From an uncultured Gammaproteobacteria bacterium (GTDB lineage Bacteria; Patescibacteriota; Microgenomatia; 2-02-FULL-39-11): DNA of 64,000 bases. Within the stretch, counting starts at the first letter, position 1. The number at the start of each line of letters is the position of its first letter. Shown here piece after piece: positions 1 to 8,569 of the stretch. The translations under genes were made by a program, and so were the position numbers. Under the pieces are notes generated by a model that ran no database searches, was not told the origin of the DNA, and worked only from the letters and a program-made list of their open reading frames with translations. The DNA is taken from positions 5,963-69,962 of the forward strand of contig CAYGXQ010000001.1 of the NCBI GenBank assembly GCA_964354025.1. The letters are read 5' to 3'.

Positions 1-1014
1 AAAAACCAAAAAAAACTGGGAGAAACATTCGTCTTTGTTTCTCAGCAATACGAAGAAGCGGTTAATTTGGTGGATTTGAATCCGGTTCGCTCGCGGACGC
101 TTTTGGCTGAAGCGAAATTGTCTTTATCTCCTCTTTTGAAAGAATTTCCCAAAGGATCAGGGGAATTTAAACAAGTTAACGAGTGGTTGGATAAAGTCTC
201 CCAGGAGGAGGTGGTGGCTTATAAAATCTATAAACTGACGGCTGTTCCTCTGTTTTTTGACTTAAACTTGGTGAAACAGGGAGGGGTGGGAGCAAAAATG
301 AGCGGTTGGAAGACAGACAAAGCGATATTGGACATGGTAAACAAAACAGTTTACAGTTTATCAACAGAGACAAAACAGTCAGGAATCGTAGCCGGAAGCG
401 AAGCGGTAAAGGATGCTAAGCTGATTACCAATCACGGAAAAATGATTTATCTCCTAAACAGTGACGGGATCGTCGGGATTGACGCGGAGGGTAAGACGGC
501 CAAAATTCTGATTAAACCGGACGAGAAGTGGGGTGAGATTGTTTCCCTTTGCAGTTTCGGCGGCAACCTGTATCTTTTGGATAAGAAAAACAACGCCATT
601 TGGAAATATATCGCCACTGATTTCGGCTTTTCCACCCGAAGCAATTATTTAAATCCCGATGTCCGGGCAAACTTTCAGGAAGCCGGAAGTATAGTGATAG
701 ACGGATCGGTTTGGGTGGCCGGGGTTAATGAAATTCTCAAATTTACCAGAGGATTAGGTGAACAGTTTTCATTGAAAAGCTTTGCCGATACCATCCAAAA
801 CATGTCGGTGATGACCACTGATGATGTAGCTAAAAATATCTATATTCTAGATAAGGCTTTATCGAGAATCGTTGTTTTCAATAAAGACGGAGAATATCAA
901 GCTCAATACCAGTGGGATGAGCTGAAGAAGGCTGATGATATAATTTCTTCAGAAGAGGAAAAAAAGATTTTTGTCCTGATAGGCAGTAAAATATACGGGA
1001 TTGATTTAAAATGA
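1..1014 (+). CDS. 5'-truncated hypothetical protein with C-terminal beta-propeller (NHL-like) region
   Basis: Frame open from base 1; repeated blades such as GNLYLLD, GSVWVA, NIYILD; ATGA overlap with smpB. Confidence 0.65.
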   Translation, partial: KNQKKLGETFVFVSQQYEEAVNLVDLNPVRSRTLLAEAKLSLSPLLKEFPKGSGEFKQVNEWLDKVSQEEVVAYKIYKLTAVPLFFDLNLVKQGGVGAKMSGWKTDKAILDMVNKTVYSLSTETKQSGIVAGSEAVKDAKLITNHGKMIYLLNSDGIVGIDAEGKTAKILIKPDEKWGEIVSLCSFGGNLYLLDKKNNAIWKYIATDFGFSTRSNYLNPDVRANFQEAGSIVIDGSVWVAGVNEILKFTRGLGEQFSLKSFADTIQNMSVMTTDDVAKNIYILDKALSRIVVFNKDGEYQAQYQWDELKKADDIISSEEEKKIFVLIGSKIYGIDLK

Positions 1015-1448
1015 AAATCTTAAACCATCGAGCCACTCATGATTATCAGATTTTGGAGACCCTGGAAGCAGGGATCCATTTGACGGGACCGGAAGTCAAA
1101 TCCGTCAAAGGCGAGCGGATGTCTTTGGAAGGGTCTTTTGTGAAAGTGGTGGGAGGCGAGATATATCTGGTGAATGCCCAGATTTTCCCCTATCCCTTTG
1201 CCCGTCCGGAGGGCTATGATCCCAAGCGTTCCCGCAAGCTCCTGCTTCACAAAAGAGAGATTCTTAACTTAAAAAACAAACTGGCTACGGCCCGTTTGAC
1301 CCTGATACCCCTGGAATGTTATAATACACACGGATTTATCAAGCTGAAAATCGCTTTAGCCAAAGGGAAGAAAGAGTACGAAAAAAGGGAAAAGATAAAA
1401 AGAAAAGATTTGGATAGAGCCATGCAAAGAGAGTTAAGAGGCAAATAG
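1011..1448 (+). CDS. smpB: SsrA-binding protein SmpB
   Basis: NHRATHDY, EAGIHLTGPEVKS, RKLLLHKREI, GKKEYEKRE motifs; directly upstream of tmRNA. Confidence 0.98.
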   Translation: MKILNHRATHDYQILETLEAGIHLTGPEVKSVKGERMSLEGSFVKVVGGEIYLVNAQIFPYPFARPEGYDPKRSRKLLLHKREILNLKNKLATARLTLIPLECYNTHGFIKLKIALAKGKKEYEKREKIKRKDLDRAMQRELRGK

Positions 1449-1514
1449 CCCGCCTACGCTCAAATTCGTCTCGAGGTCTACGTCCTCGCAGCCGAATGTT
1501 CGCTTCGGCGGGCA
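1448..1514. repeat. REP-like palindromic element (gcccgcc...cggcgggc)
   Basis: Terminal inverted repeat with internal hairpins, between smpB and ssrA. Confidence 0.5.
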
Positions 1515-1556
1515 TAAGAAACAGTAGACTCTCTTTGTTCGTCAACTGTTTCTAAT

Positions 1557-1965
1557 GGGGACGTATTGATCGACAGAGAAAAGCTCTTTTAAATTGCAAG
1601 CCGACGATGGTACTAGGTCGCAAAAAGGTACCAAAAAATAACTGCTAATAAATCAGCAGACGAAGCAGAAGCAATTTTAGCTTTCAGAGCAAATCAAAGC
1701 TATCAATTCGCTTTTGCTCCAAGCTTATCAGCGTAAGCTGAAAGTTTTGGCATCTATTATTTCTTTCTCCCGATGAAGGGTAATAGGTGTAAACTCAGTC
1801 GGGACGCCAGGAGTTAAACCGGTCAATTAGCTTCGGAGGATTTAGACCAATACTGCGTGAACCGTTTCTGTCAGTTGAAACCACGCTTTTAGCCGACTGA
1901 CTAAGCTTGTAGATGTTTAAAGGAACTTTCTTTGGACGAGAGATCACTTCTCTCCGTCTCCACCA
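1557..1965 (+). ncRNA. ssrA: tmRNA; tag reading frame 1644-1736 (ANKSADEAEAILAFRANQSYQFAFAPSLSA*)
   Basis: 5' GGGGACG pairs with 3' CGTCTCC-A-CCA including the G3:U70 alanine identity pair; T-stem GAGAG/CTCTC; ATAACT-GCT resume context; follows smpB. Confidence 0.95.
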
Positions 1966-2040
1966 CGTAATAATCCGCCGGGAGGCGGATTAAACGTGGT
2001 TAGGAACGTTAATCGCAGAGCGATTTTACGTTCCACCACA

Positions 2041-2709
2041 ATGACTCTGTTAGACCTTTTATTTCCCCGCCGCTGTGTAAGTTGCGGCCGGATCGGAAAA
2101 TATATTTGTTCCCGCTGTTTCCCAAAGATTAAATTTATCCAACACCAGCTTTGTCCGGTTTGTGCCAAGCCGGCCGTTGACGGGATCACTCATCCGTATT
2201 GCCGGGGGAAATACCGGATGGACGGGATGTTTGCGGCCTGTCATTATCAGGGAGTGGTCAAACAGGCCATCCATCTTCTGAAATACCGACAGGTGAGCGA
2301 TCTGGTAGCAGAATTATCCTTATTGTTAGTTACGAATTATCCAAAGACAATTCCGAAATTAGATTTGTTAATCCCGGTTCCTCTTCACTTTCGAAGGGAA
2401 AAGGAGAGGGGATTTAACCAAAGTTTCCTGCTGGCTAAATCATTGGGGAAAAGATTGGGAGTTCCGGTTAACAATCATTTATTGAAAAGAATCAGATACA
2501 CCAAACCGCAGGCGGATCTGAAGCGGGAAAAACGGTTGGATAACATCAAAAATGTTTTTATCTGCAAAGAAAACGGAATACTTCGCGGCAAAACAATCGG
2601 TTTAGTCGACGACGTAGCCACCACCTTCGCCACCATCAACGAATGCTGTCGAGTTTTGAAACAGTCAGGAGTAAAAGCGGTTTGGGGCATCGTCCTGGCA
2701 CACGGTTAA
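2041..2709 (+). CDS. comF: ComF family competence protein (zinc finger + PRTase)
   Basis: LLDLLFPRRCVSC, PVPLH..R..ERGFNQ, LVDDVATT; ATG 2041 preferred. Confidence 0.93.
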   Translation: MTLLDLLFPRRCVSCGRIGKYICSRCFPKIKFIQHQLCPVCAKPAVDGITHPYCRGKYRMDGMFAACHYQGVVKQAIHLLKYRQVSDLVAELSLLLVTNYPKTIPKLDLLIPVPLHFRREKERGFNQSFLLAKSLGKRLGVPVNNHLLKRIRYTKPQADLKREKRLDNIKNVFICKENGILRGKTIGLVDDVATTFATINECCRVLKQSGVKAVWGIVLAHG

Positions 2710-3125
2710 TCCAGCCCGATTCTTCTAAGTTGATGTAATTTGTAGATTTTATCGAAGGAAAAAATATCGCTAAAGCCGTATTTCTGCATTACGGCGATAT
2801 TCGCGCAATCGACGACAGAGGTTTTATTTTTTATTTGCTTTCTAAAAAGGCTTAGAGTTTCTTTTTCCAATTCACCGGAAATGGTGTACATCTCCAAATT
2901 AGAATCTTTGACAGAATCTAAAAATTCAATTGCCGTTTGTTGATCTATACGATAACTCAAAAGATTGGCGACTTCATAGACAACAAGATTGATGACGGCA
3001 AATGTTATCTTTTCCCGGACCAATTTCTTATTAATAAATCGTGCCTTTTTATGATTTGCATCTTGAGGATTGATTAACGCATAGAAAGCGTCCGAATCGA
3101 CCAAAACTTTCTTGAGATCTTCCAT
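2706..3125 (-). CDS. VapC-like PIN-domain toxin
   Basis: VLVDSDAF, E, SVVDC, FSFD acidic PIN motif; coupled to upstream small gene. Confidence 0.9.
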   Translation of the reverse strand: MEDLKKVLVDSDAFYALINPQDANHKKARFINKKLVREKITFAVINLVVYEVANLLSYRIDQQTAIEFLDSVKDSNLEMYTISGELEKETLSLFRKQIKNKTSVVDCANIAVMQKYGFSDIFSFDKIYKLHQLRRIGLD

Positions 3126-3376
3126 TACCGGCCTCCTAAAACCGCTTCGGCCAAATATTTATCGTGATTTTTAGAAAGATCTTTCGGTAAACCTTTAAGG
3201 TTCCACTTAGCCAATTTATCCATCAGTTTCCAGGATTGATCTTTCCGGCTTTTTTCTTTAATAATTTTTTTAGCGCCCTTTCTGATCAGTTCTGAAAGAG
3301 TAAGATGTTCGGAACGGGCGAGAAATAGAAGATTTTGGTGCAGCTCTTCCGGAAGATAAATTTGTGTTCTAACCAT
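3125..3376 (-). CDS. CopG/RHH antitoxin
   Basis: MVRTQIYL...SELIR, DLSKNHDKYL; TATAATG tandem repeats over its promoter (3377-3405). Confidence 0.85.
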   Translation of the reverse strand: MVRTQIYLPEELHQNLLFLARSEHLTLSELIRKGAKKIIKEKSRKDQSWKLMDKLAKWNLKGLPKDLSKNHDKYLAEAVLGGR

Positions 3377-3467
3377 ATTATATACATTATACATTATACA
3401 TTATATCTGTCAAATAGACAGGATAGTGAATACACGTGAGATTTGATATAATTATCCAGGTTTATTT

Positions 3468-3553
3468 GGAGGCGTCCGATAGTGGTCAATTCGGGCGGTT
3501 TGCTAAACCGCTGAGCTGAAAGGCTCACGTGGGTTCAAATCCCACCGCCTCCG
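3468..3553 (+). tRNA. tRNA-Ser(GCT), CCA not encoded
   Basis: GGAGGCG/CGCCTCC acceptor; GCGGT-TTGCTAA-ACCGC anticodon arm; long variable arm; GGTTCAAATCC. Confidence 0.96.
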
Positions 3554-3571
3554 CAAATTCCTGAAGTCTAT

Positions 3572-5002
3572 TTATAGTAAAAGAAAATGAGAGAGTGGAA
3601 TATTAACTGCTGTTTTACTTTCGTTTATTGATAAAGGTGATTTTGATACAACTAATCCGTATTTAGATTTTACACTCTTAGCAGTGTTATTTATTTGGGT
3701 AAATCCTTTTTTTCCGTATCCTACTTCTAATATAATATTTTGTTCATATAAACGGATAATAAAATCAGCTCCACCCGCTGCACTATCATAGGTAAGTGAG
3801 GCGTTTTTATTAACCAGACACCTTGTAAGATAAAGCCCTACCGTATCCTCCAACAACTTTCCCATATACATGTCTTGTCCGATGATATTTCCTACAAAGT
3901 TATAGTACATTGACCTAAAAGCCGGAGAAGCAAAAAGATATTTCGACGGCTTTCTCACTTGAGTTGCATGAGCTCCGTAAGGAAAGACTCTAAGCACTGT
4001 TTCTGTTTTCTCCAGCACATTTAATACCTGGGTAAGAGTTAATCTATCTATATCTAAATCGGGAGCTAAATTAGTAATGCTTAAAATATCGGTGGCGGCA
4101 ACCGTATATAAAATTTCGGGAATCTTTGAGATAATTTCATTTCTAAACTGCCCAAGTTGGGCAATATCCATACTTACCACTCTGTCTAATATCTTTTTTA
4201 TTTGGTCATAAACCAATCCCTCATTTTTCAACTTTACGGCAAACGGTAATGTTCCATATTTCATATATCTGTCTACCTCCAATCTCTCAATACCCATCCA
4301 GTACTGTTTTACTTCATTCTCCAGTATTTTTATTTGGTTAAATACTTCCTCAGATGTATTTGATTCGAAGACAGCCTTCCTTAATTTACCGGATAGTCCT
4401 TTTATTTCAAACTTGTTATCTTTAATTTTGATATATTCAGTAAAACTCATCGGATATAGCTTTTCAAAAATCACGCGTCTTGCTACATCAGGATTAGTTT
4501 GAAGCGTAACAGCAGAAGAGCCTGTTGCGAAAATGAAGACTTTTTTTGACCTGTCAAATATAGTTTTAAGGGTAATTGCCCATTTATTGTCATACTGCAC
4601 CTCATCAAGGAAAAGTACGACCGGTTTATCCAATCTTTCAAAGACGCTTCCCAAAATTTCTTCATAAGCGGACAACACATCGGAAAGCGTGACGCCTATA
4701 ATTTGGGTTATTTGGTCTACTGATAGAAAAAGTTTATTTACCCCAGGTTGAATAGTTTCATAAAATAGTTGAGAAAGAAGAGTTGTTTTCCCTACACCCC
4801 GAAATCCGGATATAGCTAACCAGCGAATTTCCGTATTATCCTGCCGAAAATCATTGTAATATTTATTTAGCTTCACATAACAATTGCGCTTAGGATTTTT
4901 GTTATTTTGTTCATCATATACATAGGCTCTGGCCCTGAAGTTTGCTTGAGCTATTTGTTCCTGAAGATATTTGAGAATAAGGTCTTTCTTCTCAGTAGTC
5001 AT
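3572..5002 (-). CDS. AAA_14/DUF4143 family ATPase
   Basis: GFRGVGKT Walker A, LFLDEVQ Walker B, ATGSSA, ADF...EVG C-terminal motif. Confidence 0.9.
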   Translation of the reverse strand: MTTEKKDLILKYLQEQIAQANFRARAYVYDEQNNKNPKRNCYVKLNKYYNDFRQDNTEIRWLAISGFRGVGKTTLLSQLFYETIQPGVNKLFLSVDQITQIIGVTLSDVLSAYEEILGSVFERLDKPVVLFLDEVQYDNKWAITLKTIFDRSKKVFIFATGSSAVTLQTNPDVARRVIFEKLYPMSFTEYIKIKDNKFEIKGLSGKLRKAVFESNTSEEVFNQIKILENEVKQYWMGIERLEVDRYMKYGTLPFAVKLKNEGLVYDQIKKILDRVVSMDIAQLGQFRNEIISKIPEILYTVAATDILSITNLAPDLDIDRLTLTQVLNVLEKTETVLRVFPYGAHATQVRKPSKYLFASPAFRSMYYNFVGNIIGQDMYMGKLLEDTVGLYLTRCLVNKNASLTYDSAAGGADFIIRLYEQNIILEVGYGKKGFTQINNTAKSVKSKYGLVVSKSPLSINESKTAVNIPLSHFLLL

Positions 5003-5131
5003 ATTACTAGTATATTACGCTAGACTAGAATAGTCAACTACTAGTGTATCCTACTATACTAGAGTACTGAAATGTGTCATTTAGCCTTGTATTTAAGGGA
5101 TTTACTAGTTTCCCCTTTTTCTTAAACTGTT

Positions 5132-5227
5132 TTACTTCATCCATTCATCCAGCCACATGCCGTTGTGATGGTCTTTAGCCCTGGTTTGCGCTTTGAGTAA
5201 CTCTTCATAAAGCATTGGTTTTCGCAT
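5132..5227 (-). pseudogene. Probable C-terminal fragment of a thermonuclease (SNase-like) gene
   Basis: MRKPMLYEELLKAQTRAKDHHNGMWLDEWMK* resembles the SNase terminal helix (AQ..AK....GMW). Confidence 0.4.
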
Positions 5228-5408
5228 TTTCCATTAATCAGTATTATATTTATAGTCTTCATGAGTTTATTTTATGATTTATATTAATGATAAAAAAGAG
5301 GTATATAAAGAGGAGAAAGAAAACCAAGTGTTGATACATTATATTAATTTTAGTTATTAAGAAGAAATAATAATTTTCATTTACGGCTTAGTCATGTAAA
5401 ATACAATT

Positions 5409-6260
5409 ATGAAGAGAGTTAACCCGCAACAACAAATAATTAATTATTACCACTCTGTTGAATCAAGACTCGGGTATGGATTCCTTTTAAGAGGGATTAA
5501 ACACTTTGGATATTATCCTCAAGATAAAAAACATATTTCCTTATGGAAAGCACAAATTCTTATGATTGATAAACTTGCTGAGACTATTAAATTGCCCAAG
5601 CATTCTTATCTTCTTGACGCGGGTTGCGGAGAAGGTTACACCGCTATTTACCTAGCAAAGCACTATCACTATCGTGTCTCAGGGGTAGATCTTTTGGATT
5701 TCAATATTACGAGCGCAGAGAAGAAGGCACAAAAAGAAAACGTGAAAGAAAAAGTAAATTTCCATATCATGAACTATGAACATCTAACCTATTCCGACAA
5801 TACATTTGATGGTGTTTATACTCTCGAGACTCTTGTTCATGCACAAAATTATATAAAAGCGCTAAGAGAATTTCATCGAGTATTAAAACCGCATGGAAAA
5901 ATTGTCCTCTTCGAATACACTATAGCACCACAAAAACTATTAACAAAGCAACAAAAAGAAATGGCGGTGCTCGTAAATAAAATGTCAGGAATGCATAGTT
6001 TCCCTCATTTTATTCATGGAAGTTTTCCCAACATCATGAAAGAGGCAGGTTTCACTACTGTATCTGTTACGGATATTACACAGGAAGTGTTGCCAGGGCT
6101 GAAATTTTTCTATTATCTAGCTTTCCTCGTTTATCCAATTATTAAGCTGTTGAAACTGCAAAAGATTTTTATAAATGCAACATGTGCTGTAGAGGCATAC
6201 AAAAATGTAAAGGATGATATTTTTCGCTATGTCATAGTAGAAGCAGTGAAAACACCGTGA
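5409..6260 (+). CDS. Class I SAM-dependent methyltransferase (sterol/tocopherol MT-like)
   Basis: HFGYY, LLDAGCGEG, FDGVY, EFHRVLKPHG. Confidence 0.88.
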   Translation: MKRVNPQQQIINYYHSVESRLGYGFLLRGIKHFGYYPQDKKHISLWKAQILMIDKLAETIKLPKHSYLLDAGCGEGYTAIYLAKHYHYRVSGVDLLDFNITSAEKKAQKENVKEKVNFHIMNYEHLTYSDNTFDGVYTLETLVHAQNYIKALREFHRVLKPHGKIVLFEYTIAPQKLLTKQQKEMAVLVNKMSGMHSFPHFIHGSFPNIMKEAGFTTVSVTDITQEVLPGLKFFYYLAFLVYPIIKLLKLQKIFINATCAVEAYKNVKDDIFRYVIVEAVKTP

Positions 6261-6323
6261 ATTTGGGTAAAATATCAGCCAAATTCACGGTAATTTGACA
6301 AAACACCGTGAATATAGTATACT
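6254..6323 (+). promoter_or_regulatory. Sigma70 promoter of the fic gene with repeated ACCGTGAAT boxes
   Basis: TTGACA-17-TATACT; boxes at 6254 and 6305 (direct) and 6283-6291 (inverted). Confidence 0.65.
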
Positions 6324-6332
6324 TCTCCCCAT

Positions 6333-7205
6333 ATGGCAGTCAACTCTTTGGTGAAAGAAAGGATCTGGAAGCTGAAGGAATCATACGATACACTGCGTTC
6401 GGGCAAAGACTCGCTTCTTTCGCTGATTGATGAAGCTGAACTGCCGGAAAATGTCTACAATTCCAATGCCATCGAAAACTCCACATTAACGCTTAAAGAA
6501 ACGGAACAGATTCTTATGGATTTGGAAGTGTCCAGGAAAGTATCGGTCCGCGAAGTTTTTGAAGCTAAAAACTTGGGTCGGGTGATCACCTACAAAAAAA
6601 ACATCTTACACCAGCAGGAATTGTCTATCGAGCTGATTCTTTTTCTTCATAAAATGCTTCTAAGCGGTATAAATGATGATATTGCCGGAAGATTTCGCCA
6701 AGACAATGAATATGTCCGGATCGGTACATTTATTGCCATCCCTCCTGAATATGTGGAACAGCGAATGAAGGAGATATTGATAGAATATTCCAGTAATTTT
6801 TCCCTGTATTTTTTGGAGAAAATTGCCAAATTCCATTTGGATTTTGAGACGATCCATCCGTTTAATGACGGAAACGGCCGTCTGGGACGTGTTTTAATAA
6901 ATTACCACCTGTTGTGTCTTGGTTTCCCCCGGATTATTATCCGCCAAAAAGACAGGAAAATATATTATAAAGCGTTTGAAATATACAGAAATGATAAGAA
7001 AACAAAACTGATGGAAAACGTAATATCGCTTGCGATTTTGGAATCCCTACACAAAAGAATTGCCTATTTAAAAGGGATGACGATTATTCTACTGTCGGAA
7101 TATGCCGGTAAACACAAACTGGGTTCTCCGGCGGTTTTCAATGCCGCCAAAAGACAAACCATTCCCGCTTTCAGGGAAAAAGGAATCTGGAAAATCGGTA
7201 TTTGA
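6333..7205 (+). CDS. Fic family protein with probable C-terminal HTH
   Basis: SNAIEN inhibitory-type motif; HPFNDGNGRLGR catalytic motif. Confidence 0.93.
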   Translation: MAVNSLVKERIWKLKESYDTLRSGKDSLLSLIDEAELPENVYNSNAIENSTLTLKETEQILMDLEVSRKVSVREVFEAKNLGRVITYKKNILHQQELSIELILFLHKMLLSGINDDIAGRFRQDNEYVRIGTFIAIPPEYVEQRMKEILIEYSSNFSLYFLEKIAKFHLDFETIHPFNDGNGRLGRVLINYHLLCLGFPRIIIRQKDRKIYYKAFEIYRNDKKTKLMENVISLAILESLHKRIAYLKGMTIILLSEYAGKHKLGSPAVFNAAKRQTIPAFREKGIWKIGI

Positions 7206-7247
7206 ATTCCTTATGTATCAAGTTAATACAAACCCGGCGTGAATGTA
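7205..7247. repeat. 43-bp dispersed repeat, copy 1
   Basis: 37/43 identical to 17503-17545. Confidence 0.75.
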
Positions 7248-7332
7248 GAACTTCAGATTAAATATTAACGAACGAAGATATTATTTCTTTTATTGATTAT
7301 GCTATGAATCTACATTATTATTTAATACAAGT

Positions 7333-7719
7333 ATGAAAAATAAAATAAAAAGCAAGAAGTTCTTCTTCTTTATTATTTTTCTTTTAGCTAATTTTCCAGG
7401 AATAGGTTATTTGCCGATCGTTAATCATTTTGACTGTACAGGATTGCCAAATAATTGTACAGGAACAGAACTTGTTATCAAACTAAATCCAATCCTTTGG
7501 TTTCCAGAGATATTATCTAAATGGACCAGTGTTTTTCCTGGTAACCTATTTGGAATTAATGTACAGGAATTTGGTCACTTTACTCGTCCGTTTATGCTAT
7601 TTCCCATACTTTCATTTATAAATTATGGAGAAATTATTACAATAATGTTATTGACATTATATTGGATATTACTTTCAAATATTTTCCAAATTATTCTCAA
7701 AAAATTTAAAAGATCATAG
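7333..7719 (+). CDS. AT-rich hypothetical membrane protein
   Basis: N- and C-terminal hydrophobic segments; no recognised family. Confidence 0.6.
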   Translation: MKNKIKSKKFFFFIIFLLANFPGIGYLPIVNHFDCTGLPNNCTGTELVIKLNPILWFPEILSKWTSVFPGNLFGINVQEFGHFTRPFMLFPILSFINYGEIITIMLLTLYWILLSNIFQIILKKFKRS

Positions 7720-7807
7720 ATGGCCAATCGTCAATAAAAAGGTTTTAACACCGTAAATGGTCCCCCGCGAAATATACCAAGTTAGAACTTTTGGTATAAT
7801 AAATAAA

Positions 7808-8539
7808 ATGATGAAAGATAAATTTGCCGTTGTTACTGGAGCTTCGACTGGTATTGGCAGAGCCATTGCCGTAGCCTTTGCTAAAAAAGGAGTAAAGGTT
7901 GCCCTTGTGGCCCGGACAAAAGAGAGGCTACAGATGACAAAAGATTTAGTGGAAAAAGCCGGCGGCCAGGCGGAAATTTTCCCAACAGATCTTAGTAAAC
8001 TCGATTCCATCAACGATTTGATTTCCCGGATCAAGAGCAAAACAAAGAAGATAGATATCCTGGTAAACGTGGCCGGTATCTGGCATGGGGAAAATGAGGT
8101 TTATGCCGGAAGAAATTTTGCGGATTTTCCGCAGCCGGTTATTCTTGATACTTTTTTTGTCGGGACAATCGCTCCGACAATTCTTGCCCATGCTTTTGTA
8201 CCTTTGATGGGAAAGGGAAGTAAGATCATCAATATCTCCGGCACCTTTTCAAGCGGGGCAAAAGGCTGGTTGCCTTATTATGTTTCCAAAAGAGCCATTG
8301 AGGATTTGACAATCGGTTTGGCCGAGGAATTGAAGGAAAAAGACATTCAGGTCAACGCCATTTCGCCTTCCGATACCGCTACCGATGCATATAAAAAATA
8401 TTTTCCGCAATATCTGAAAGAGGCGATTAATCCCGAGGAAATTGCCGCTTATGCCGTTTACCTTTGCGAAAATAACCTGACCGGAAAAGTTTTCGTTTTG
8501 AAGAAAGACAAAGAACCCTCTGAAGGCTTTCACCGATAA
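7808..8539 (+). CDS. Short-chain dehydrogenase/reductase
   Basis: TGASTGIG, NVAG, YYVSK (YxxxK); ATG 7808 or 7811. Confidence 0.93.
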   Translation: MMKDKFAVVTGASTGIGRAIAVAFAKKGVKVALVARTKERLQMTKDLVEKAGGQAEIFPTDLSKLDSINDLISRIKSKTKKIDILVNVAGIWHGENEVYAGRNFADFPQPVILDTFFVGTIAPTILAHAFVPLMGKGSKIINISGTFSSGAKGWLPYYVSKRAIEDLTIGLAEELKEKDIQVNAISPSDTATDAYKKYFPQYLKEAINPEEIAAYAVYLCENNLTGKVFVLKKDKEPSEGFHR

Positions 8540-8569
8540 TAATCGCTAAGATTCTGGTAAAATAGACGC

